Position numbers and translations under genes: made by a program. DNA of 64,000 nucleotides from contig MNCI01001825.1 of NCBI GenBank assembly GCA_015680685.1, positions 1,287,876-1,351,875 on the forward strand. Reading direction: 5' to 3'. Positions 13,330 through 23,556 of this stretch are shown here, one piece after another. The notes beneath the pieces are model-generated. The model saw only the letters and a program-made list of their open reading frames with translations. It searched no databases and was not told the origin of the DNA. This DNA comes from Gnetum montanum. Lineage: Eukaryota > Plantae > Gnetophyta. The stretch's first letter is position 1; each line of letters begins with the position of its first letter.

Positions 13330-13970
13330 TGTGCAGTGTAGATCAGTCACCTCAACTGTTCCTCGGGAACCCCACAGATCATAAGGCCTCGGATCGCCAA
13401 CTAACTAGCTCACCTTACAGTTGTCTTGCATGCACTCTGTACCCCATCTTGCATGGTATAGACTAGTCATCTTGATGGTCCCTCAAGGATCCTGTGAGAC
13501 ATAAAGTCTTCCTAACTGCTAGTTAGCCTGCTCATCTTACAGTTGCCTTGCATGTGTTCGGTACCCCATCTCACGTGGTATAGAGCGGTTGCCTCGACAA
13601 TTACTCAGGGATGCTGCGAGACACAAAGCCTTCTTGATCACTAGTTAACTATCTCGTATTATGGTAATCTTGTAAGCCTCCTACACCCCGATATGCATTA
13701 GCGTAGACCTGACACCCATCTGTGTTTGTTTACGCATCATGTGGTGTAGATCGGTCACCTCGATGGTTCCTCGGGAACCCTATATGATATAAAGCCTTTG
13801 ACTATCAGTTGACTTGCCTTCCTATCTTATGGTAGTCTTGCATGTACTCCATACCTCATCATGCACAGGCATAAATGTGATACCCTTTAGTAGTTGTTTA
13901 CACTTTGTGTGGTATGGATCAGTCGCCTCAGTGATTCCTCTGAAATCCAGCAAGACGTAAAGCCTTCTTT
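13330..13970 (+). repeat. 5' UTR tandem repeat of B, ~121-167 bp units, about 5 copies
   Basis: GTGGTRTAGATCGGTCACCTCGA...GGAACCC...ATAAAGCC variants near 13331, 13452, 13573, 13740 and 13907. Confidence 0.75.
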
Positions 13971-14039
13971 TTGTAGCCTTTCAATCTCTTTGTTTGTTTC
14001 ACATTTCTTGCACTTTTCTGCATAACTACTTGTTTAGTA

Positions 14040-17000
14040 ATGGCTTTTTCAACTACCGCTATTGATACCTCCAACGTAGAGGTACCCTTCACGGTTAAAG
14101 GCACCACTGGTGCCGAACAACTATTGAACCCAACACTGGAAACACGTTGATGCCTCAAAATCCAAAACCAAGGACCTAAGGGGTTGGCCCAGCAACATGA
14201 GCATTAGAATTTCCTCTGTGCAAAGGTGTAGGCTAATCTGCCCTTGGATTTACATGAACTCAAATAAAAATGTAGCTTTGAGTTCGCTTATTACAACAGG
14301 GAGGAATTTGTTCCTACCCTCGGTGTTCCTTTGGTTTTGACACAAGCATATCAAAGGCTACTAGACCAATTAATCCAGTTGGCTACACTTAGGAAGCAAC
14401 AGGACACTGTGTCCAACCAGGACTACCCCTTTCAAGATGGACAGGAGGAACTTGATTCCCAATCTGATGAGGGAGGTCAAGCCAACTCCGTTCCTATCCT
14501 ACCTATCCAGCCTTTCTAGGCCAACCCGTTGTCTATCACCGCTCCCTTTGCCACCACACTTATGCTTTGGTAGCCTACAATCGCAACTGCAATGGGTAGT
14601 CGTGCCACATTCCTGGCGTATCATCACCCTTATTCCCCAATTGCATTTGCAGCAACTATACCCCCACAAATTGTTCATCAACATATTCCTACAGTGCATA
14701 ACATGCCTGTCACGGTTACCCTACCGCATGTTCACACTGTACCTACATCACAATTGCACATAACTGCCATGACAATTCCTACGTACATGTATATTCCATC
14801 CACTATGGCAGGCCCTGGCCCATCCGCATTATGGACCCTATTTACCTCTTAGCCTATTCTACAACCGTCGCAGATGTCTCACTACATTCGTGCTCAGACA
14901 TACCCAACCCCGCAAATGGTACATCCTAGCATAGGCCCATGGTCTGTCCTGTCGGTGACCCAAAAGGTCTATTCAGCTGCTCAACCCATTGTTACTACTC
15001 TAATAGCACCACCCACCAGGTGGTGGATGACGCAAATAGCACCTCTAGTGGGGGCGACCCCAATGGCATTGTCAATGAATCAGCCCGCCACCACCACCAT
15101 GTCGCATATGGGAGTTGCCTCCACAGTCCCTCAATCGTGTACAACGTCACCAAGTCTTCACCTAGCGTTTCAGCTCATCCAGACCCTCATTGAGGAAATA
15201 AAATGTCTTAAAGCTATTAGGTCTGACATGGTACAAGTCATGGACTTTTATCAGGATGACCCCTTCAACGCTACAATTCCTACTTTAACATTACCCCCCA
15301 GGCTGTCTCTCCTGCACTTTACAAAGCACGATGGGGAGGGAGATCCCAACGCGCATCTTGTCACTTTCAGGTCTAAGTCTTTGCTATTGCAACAATGGCC
15401 ACACACAATCATTTGCATCTTTGCCATGTTCCTAGCCAGAAAATCCCTAGATTGGTACCGCACATTGCCACGCTCATCCATTTCAACTCTGGAGGAGCTA
15501 CTGACCCTATTCGTGACACACTTCAAGTATAACTTGAAGCCAGAAACCACCCTAGATCAGTTCATGAGCATGAAGCAAGATGCACTAGAACCAGTCTAAA
15601 AGTTCATCCAATGTTAGAGCGCAACACTTAATGAAACCCATGAGCCCATTGCGGAGGCCCACCTGCTGGCTGTCTTTAAGGGTGTAGTAAACAACTTCAT
15701 CAAGTCCAAACTATATTACCTCACTTCTTGGTCTCTTAGTCAGGCTTTCGCTCAAACTAAGAGCATACAAGATGCAGCTAAAGCAAGCAAAGACCCGACC
15801 TACATCGCTTACAAAAACACCTTTGCAAAGAAAGAAAAGGGTAAAGCCCCAACAACCATAGTGGCTGCTGTGGTGGCCAAGCCCAAGCCCAAGCCTAGCG
15901 ATAGCGGTAGCAAGAATAACAAGAAACCACTACCACCGGCGGCTAACCCTGCACCCTAACTGAGCCACGTGCCACAACCTATTGCACCTGCACTTGAGAC
16001 ATCTACACAACCCAAATCCAACTTTGAGCGCAAAGATCGTTCGAAGTACACCACACTACCTCTAAAGCCTTCAGAACTCCTGAAGCAACTGTTGGCAGTG
16101 GGATACGTCCAACACAAGTAGATGTCGAAAGAAGCAAACGCAAGACATCAATGCTATTGCGAGTTCCTTAGGAATTCCTCATTGTCCCTGCCCAATGAGC
16201 CTCCTGTCCCTAGGGATTTCAAGCTAGACAGGTTTTGTAACTACCACCAACTATGTGGTCACACCATGGATTATTGTCTATTTTTGTACGACAACATTCA
16301 AAGATTAATCGACCAGGGAAAACTAAGGTTAGACGAAAGCAATCCAGTATGCCCTGAAAACCAATCTATGTATGTCTATATAGATCCCCTCAACGCCAAA
16401 AATGCCGATTATGTAATCAGTGTCATCAGCATTGACAATGATCGTAGGCCACCCCGCCAACCATTTGTGATCCATGTGCCTCAACTTAGTGTACTAGCAC
16501 CATCAATGATTGGTCCAAGCCTGCAGCCGCCCTTCATCCTGAAAGTCCTGCCATAGGAATCCACCTTTGCATCGCTTATTGAAAAGGCCGTGCAGTCCTG
16601 TTAGTTGATGCCTCTAGCTCCATTCATCATTAGGGGGCTGACGCCCTCGACGGCCCCTACCTTGTGCAACAAAGTTGAACAACCTCCTCACCCCACGAGC
16701 TGAGAAATCCACTTAGTGAGTGAGACGTTGAAAGGAGGTATTGTCAAGGATATCCCCAAGCCCACGTCTTCATCCCCTGCATTCGCACCTTCACCCTCAA
16801 GGAAGAAGGTTGACATGACTATGCAACCTGCATCACCCTGCAAAGAAGGATCTAAATCTAGATCCAAAGTCACCTCTCCTCAAGAGATTCGTCTTCTAGG
16901 ACGAATCGAAGAGGAAGAAGATGTCAAACAAAAGGATAGTCGAGACTTTTTGGACACCCTCACTTAGGTCAAGCAAGTTCTAAAGTAGAAAAATGCTACC

Positions 17001-17861
17001 TTGAGCTTGTACAACCTAATCATGACATCTGTACCCCACCGAGAGGCTCTAGTCCACATGTTAATGGTGATTCTGGTCGACTAAGACATGCCAGTGGAAG
17101 AGGAAGCAATCCACTCGGTAATGCTCCCCTTTGTACCCACAGAGCTCACACTGCCTTCACTAACTTTTAGTAATGATGCCATTAGGAAAGACCCCGAAGG
17201 GGACCAAGTGACCATGGCACCTCTCTTCATCACAATTCGGGTCGACCAACATCGGATCCGAAGGGTACACGTTGATGATGGGGTTGCCACCAACATCATT
17301 CCCTTCCCTATTATGGACAAGTTGGGATTGGTTGACCAGATCAAACCAACAACGACATCGTGTTTGAGGTCCTTCAATGGGGCACACATCCTTATGAAAG
17401 GCATAGTTCACATAAACTTCATAGCAGGGGATCAGTTTCCCATAGACGCAACGCTCATCATAGTCAAGGAAATGCCCAAGTTTAACTTGATCTTGGGAAG
17501 ATCATGGTTAGCGCAACTTAGGACTATCTCCTCGCCTATAGACTAGGAGATCCACTTACCATACACAAGTAGGGAGGTGGTAATCCATGGTGAAAAATTA
17601 GCAACGCAAGCGATCAGCAACGTAAACATGGAACAGGGCTCAGAGGTTACAACCTCTAAGGAGGAAGCACCTATTCATGCATGCATTGATCATTCAATGG
17701 AAGGGTCGGCTCAACAAGTTGACTCCCAAATCAAAAACACATGGGTTGAGTTGCCCTTCCAAGCAGAGGATAGCGATGTGAACGAGTGCCCTGGTGAAAC
17801 ACCTCGGTCCTATGTTTTAATCAACCCACGATGGGTCAAGAAGCAGCTACACATAGTGTAG
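14040..17861 (+). pseudogene. gag: gag-protease of element B
   Basis: DGEGDPNAHLVTF...SLDWYRTLPRSSI (retrotransposon gag), FCNYHQLCGHTMDYC (Tat-type Zn knuckle), VHVDDGVATNII...FNLILGRSWL (aspartic protease). Frame ends at KKQLHIV*. Several in-frame stops. Confidence 0.9.
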
Positions 17862-17954
17862 CAACCCTACCGCATCTTGCCAAGTTTCCATCCCTTGTAC
17901 ATTATCCGTTTCCTTACTTTGTTAGTGTGCCATCATTCTGGCATGCTACACTAA

Positions 17955-18120
17955 CAGCCTGAAATGGCCTAAAACTATCATCACCATTTTTTTCTTCATT
18001 AACGTGTTATCTCTTTTTGGACAATGGCTCGAGATGGCCTAAAACTAGCATTGTTGCTTTTTCGCTTTATCCTGTTGGCACGTTATGCAATGGCCTGAGA
18101 TGGCCTAAAACTAGCATACG
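17955..18120 (+). repeat. Short motif array (GATGGCCTAAAACTAGC), 3 copies, between the gag-PR stop and the 3' end of the antisense gene in B
   Basis: Copies near 17964, 18033 and 18099. Confidence 0.75.
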
Positions 18121-18281
18121 AGAGCATGAAAACTTTACATAGTAGACAAGTTAACCCAAAACTAGTTTCTTTCCTGAAGCTTCTTTTATTATTCAAAATC
18201 CTCGCTTGATGGAAATGTTTGCAAAACCATTACAAAATTGCAAAATTTTAGTATCTCAAAAAAAAAACATATCCCATGCTG

Positions 18282-21200
18282 TCATGGATTGCTATCATTT
18301 TCATCACCTTCATCATTTGCTTCCGCTTCATCTGCTCGCACATCATCCTCTCCTACATTGCTGCCTGTCGGTTCTCCATCCCCTCCCTCTATGGGCCTTG
18401 CACCCTCATCTAGGGCCTGCATCATAGGGACGAAGTAATCATTTAGGGCAACAAATGCAAACTCTAACATAACATAAGCATCTACATAGTAAAGTGACTA
18501 ACCTGGGAGGGGCTCATGTGGGTCTCAAGAGGTATCCAATCTAGGCCGAGCCTAAGGCGACGCTAAATCTCCTCTGTCGTAATGTCCATCCAACGCCTAT
18601 CACTAGGTTTAGCATTCATAGTAGCAACTTTCTCCCTTTCCACAGTCATCCATGTTAGAGGTCCCAGGGAAAGGGAGGCAGTTGCAGTATCCCCTATAGG
18701 AAGGTCCACCTCCAAGTCAAAATATTTCATGACCTTCACCTACTCCTTGAACTTAGCGTAGGACTCAGAAGCACCGATGGCATTCATGAATGCTTCATAT
18801 GTAAATGCCTCCACAGCAGGGTCTTTGTACAGTCTTTGATGGGTGTCGTTCTCCAGCTTGTATACATGTTTGTGGTCTCTCTGGGTTCACCCCCATTCAA
18901 AGACTTTAGCACTGATATCTTTCATATCTTGGCACTTCTGGGCTAGTAGGTCTATCTGCATCTGCTGCTTGACTATCTCATGAGTGGACTCTATTCTAGT
19001 TAACGATAGTCCAAAACCTGGCGTAATCATCCACAGAATTATGCACACCCTCAATGTCAGGGTTGCAATTTATGAGGAAGTCGATCCTCGACCTAAGATT
19101 CTCCACCTCAATGACCAGCTCAACCTCTCTTTGCTTAGCCCTGTTGACCCATTTCCATAGGTCCTCGATGATGCACCTACACTCCCACAGAGACCGTGCT
19201 GAGTGCAACATACACTTTTGAGCCCCGTCGAACATGTGACGAGACACCTCGGTTATGTCAAGTGAGAGTGTAGGCACGGCGCCAACCTTCATGGGTCATG
19301 CTAGGTTCCATTTGAGCCGAGAAGCTACGTCAACACAAAAAGCATAGCAATCACGTTAACTTAGCAAAATTAGCAAATTCAGAAACCCCAGCGTAGCAAC
19401 ATAGAAGCATTTAGCACTACTAGTTACCCGTGCAAGGGTCTTCCTACTGTAGGCGTTTGATCATGTCATCCATGAGTCCCTGTATGAATGTAAACTTATC
19501 AGGGATCTTGACCCACAACTCCACACGAATTGGAGGGGTCTTGTGGCATTAGCAGTAGCACCTGTTACACAAGTAAGTATGTTAGCAATAGCCAAAATGG
19601 ATTTTGATAAAGCGGACATCCTACCAACTCACTAGTGTTTGGCTACGCTCTCTCCTCTTGCTGACATAGGGTGACAATAGTAGCCTCGGTGGAGGACCCT
19701 GCCAAGTCCATACAAGCCCCTTCCTCACACGTTGGTGCCTTTTCTTTTAGCATCCTTTTTATTCAAAGGAGGTACCTCTTCGTCGGTAGGAGGAAGCTCC
19801 CTAATGACGAGAGCCCCTGCCTTAGAAATAAGAGCTCCCTTATTCCTTACAGAGGCCCTTTCCTCCAAGACTGGGGCCTCTACATCTTTATTCATTGTCC
19901 CCATCCTAAGGGCCAACATTTTCTCATTAACTTCTTCTTCATCTTCTTCTTCCTTTGCTAAGAAAAAAGGCATGTTTATGTCGATTCAAAACAAGTTAGC
20001 TCGAAATAGATGCTACGCTACACTACCTAGTGCAGCGTAGCGTAGCAAACTATAACAAACCAAGCATTACACAAAAATACCTACCAATGGGAGGTTGCGT
20101 CCTCTGCAGCTTGAGCTATAGTCTTCATCCCTCCTCTTCATGAAGGGTTTCCCTGGCTGGGGGAGGTCTCTTCTTCTGCAATGCCTTGGGCACAGTCTTA
20201 GTTATGAGATGTTCACCCCATGTCATGCTACCAATTATGATAGGGGGTGTCTCTCCCACGCTGTCCTGGCCACGAATGTTGTGAACCACCAAATCTTTAG
20301 TCATTATAGACAACGACTCCTCAACCACTTTTGGGGGATCATGGGCTCACATAGTCTAGAGGACCTACCAAATCTATGGCTTGGGAATCTATTCACGATC
20401 TTGCACGGAATAGACTCCATCCTCCTAGATCACCAGAAACTCTACGAAGCACCTCAGGCAGCCTATGTAGAAGGAATAGTGTATATTAGAGCGGTACTCT
20501 ATTTGCTCACGGAGCCCCAAAATCTCAGCCTATAGGCCACTACATAGGAAACTTTCCTAGTTATAACGGGCCCCTTCTTCCATAACCTCCTGCATTACCT
20601 AGGCCTAATCAAGCCCTAGGACCTTCCCTTGGGTGAGTAGCTGAGGGAATGCATGGGCATGCGCCATCCTTAAGCTTTTCCATAGAAAACCCCTTTCACT
20701 CCTTAGCAAGCCTCAGCCACTCCTCAATATGCTATTTCTGAAGAGTTAACTCTTGCTTGCTCTTTGACACTACAGGGGTGTTGTCGGTAGGAATGCCGAA
20801 CAGATCCGTAAACAACTGGTCATTGATTTCAATGACAACCCACATGCCCCGCACATATGTGAGAAAATGGCTCATCCTCCCAGAGAAGGAGTTAACCAAG
20901 GAAAGCATCTTGGTAGCAGAGACACTTAGATTCAGGGCCATGAACAAATCCATAAGTCCTACCTTTCGAACTTTCTTGAGCAAAGAGTCTAGGATCCCTT
21001 GTTCTAACCAACTCTGGCTCACCGCTACTTTGCCATATTTGAAGTAAATGTTAGCCCCTTGCCTCTCAGCAGTTACCACCATCACCTCACAAGGCTGCTT
21101 TGCCCCTGCAATGATTTTCACAAAACACACTTAGCATAACGAAGTAGAAAATGCAAGGATTTCCAAAAACACTTGAGCATACGACATTCACCTTTTAACC

Positions 21201-22665
21201 CACCAGGTCTATACGAAAATGGGAATAGTGGGAGTTCAACTAGAGCTGCTTCAACCATAACTTTTTTGAATGGTTCCTTCCACTCCTTATCCAGCCAACC
21301 CTTCTCCCTACACTAATTGTAGAGAGTGTAGAGCATGCATAGGTAGCCACAATATTCTCCTCCGCACTGGCCAATCACTCCCGCCCGCAGGTTCTTAATA
21401 GAAGTAAACTCCCGTAGGGCTAGCTGCACGGTAGCTAGCATCCCTGGTGTGTCATGAACCCCATCACCATCAATATAGAACTTGATAACAAATGCACACC
21501 ATTAAGCCTTTGGCCGGTATGGCCAACGTTGCACAGCAAAGTAAAGCAAAGATACAAAACTCACCCACTAGCACAATAGAAAGTCCCCTATGGGTTTTAA
21601 AAGTACGTCTCCATGTGACGTGAGAGAAACAATGTGTTGAATTGGTGATAGCATTGGTATTCCAGCATGTCCCAGATCTAGGCCAAACGCCTCAGCCCTG
21701 TTGAGTATTGGCTAGATCCTCCTCCCTATTTGCTCATGATTTCCTTGTCAGAAAAATATCTTAGGATGCCTTGATTTGCCCCTGGCAGCATGGCTTCTAT
21801 TATGCCGGATGCCTCCTTCTCCTCTAGGGAGGACCAAATAATCATGCTAAAGTGTTTGAGAAGGAACTGCAAGAAGTCTTGTGCCCCCTCCCTAAACCAA
21901 ACCGCTTGATCTCCCAAACATATTGGGGAAGTAGGAGCATTGGCCACAGGTCTACTCACATAGCACAAGACCCCGCTAATGTCCAAAACGATCAACTGGG
22001 ACCTTGGTCCTACTCTACATGCCATAATCAACAAATGTATACATTTAACTTGAACGCAATACACACGCAACATAGAAATGTCTAGCAGTCTGTATATATA
22101 GCATAACATAACCCTCTGCCGGTACATAGCGTAGCAAGGGCATTGAAGCCTAGTATAGCAAGAATGTGTGAATAAGCCTAGCGTAGCAATAAAATAATCG
22201 ATGATACGCCTTAAAAAAACATGCGTCGCATTGCTACGTCACATCATGGCCTGGCCCCTTTAAGGGTTTTATGTTGCAGCATGCTAAGGTCAAGCGACTT
22301 AAACTACCCTAGCCCCTGCAGTTGTAACAACCATGGTGGTGGTGGTTTCAGTGGCCTTGCATGCAATCACAATGCAATGTTTATGCATCTGCCATGGCCA
22401 AGACAGTGACCGTGGCGATGCAAAGGTCAAAATAACACAACTACAGAAAATGAAAATAGCCAAGAATGAACATAAAACAAACAAGACACAAACCAGGAGC
22501 AGAGAGCAATAGAGAGTGCAACAAAAAAAAAGTCAAAAAGGATGGAGTAATTCACTGGGTTAACGGCGTACTCTGCCGTACTGCAACACATGCTTGTGGC
22601 ACGCGTCCTAGGGTCTTCTTCACCTTGTCAACCTTGGCAAGCACCAAATGGATCTTAGGATCCAT
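18282..22665 (-). pseudogene. Antisense multi-exon accessory gene of B: FCP1/NIF-like domain, plant-transposon-protein-like domain, acidic tract, coiled coil
   Basis: Exon 1 at 22665-22556 (MDPKIHLVLAKVDKV...TPLT). NIF-like exon 22014-21565. ORF pieces 21130-20732, 20328-20125, 19973-19725, 19292-18996 and 18470-18282. GT/AG sites at equivalent positions in A and C. Confidence 0.8.
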
Positions 22666-23556
22666 TGTCTTGCTTGTAGATTTATTCCCTTTGCTGTAGA
22701 AATTCGGCCTACTAATCGATCAACATAGTTGCTTTGTGCTCCGAAATCGCCTTGTGCTCCATTGAGAGTTTTGAACTCTTATGATAAAAATAGCAAAATT
22801 GCCAGGGTTTAACCCCTATTTATGGTTGTAATGCTAGGATGGGGAAACTTGCCACTCCCTCTCCAATTAATGCAGAACGTGCTGAACAACGTAGCATGCT
22901 AGCCACGACATAATAACACTATTAGCATTAAAAATTTGACACGCTTCAAGCCAACTACTTGCCTTCCCAAAACATAAGAAATATATACAATATAGTTGCT
23001 TTCAATAGAGGGTCCAAACAGATCTTAATCTAGTAATCCTAGTGTAGTTGCACCCCTCAGGGTCTGAAAAGATCCTAAATTAGTAGTTTCAACCCATTAC
23101 GTTGGTGGTTCGCAATGACGTTAAACTAACAACCCCATATGCTTACATCAACGGTTATCTCATCTTCTTTCACATAGGCAGTATCACATTTCTTAGTGGT
23201 TTCATGTTTCTATTTTTGCATTGGCGATTCGATACTTCTCATGTGCACAATTTTCTATTTTGTATACTATTATCTTACCTGTTAAGATTTTACATGTTGT
23301 GATTTGACAATCCGAAATGACATTAAAATAGCAGTTTGGCATTTGCGCATTGATAGTCATACAACTTCACATTTTACGATAGCAGTCCTATGCCTTTATG
23401 CCTTGGCGGTCTGCCATGACCCTAACTTGGCAAACTTGCAATCTTTACATCACCACATTTCGCAAGTTGCATCGCATCACTACTTTGCAAATTTTCGTTA
23501 CACATAATTCCTGCCTACGAACGCCTCTTAACCAGGCTTTCATCTTATGATGGCAG

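Noticed and set aside
21565-22014. NIF-like exon as an independent host gene interrupted by TEs
   Set aside because: It occupies the same internal position in three separately inserted, TSD-bounded elements, so it travels with the element.
17862-23556. PR-RT spacer as a nested insertion of another transposon
   Set aside because: No LTRs, TIRs or TSD at its borders. It is present and diverged in parallel in A, B and C.
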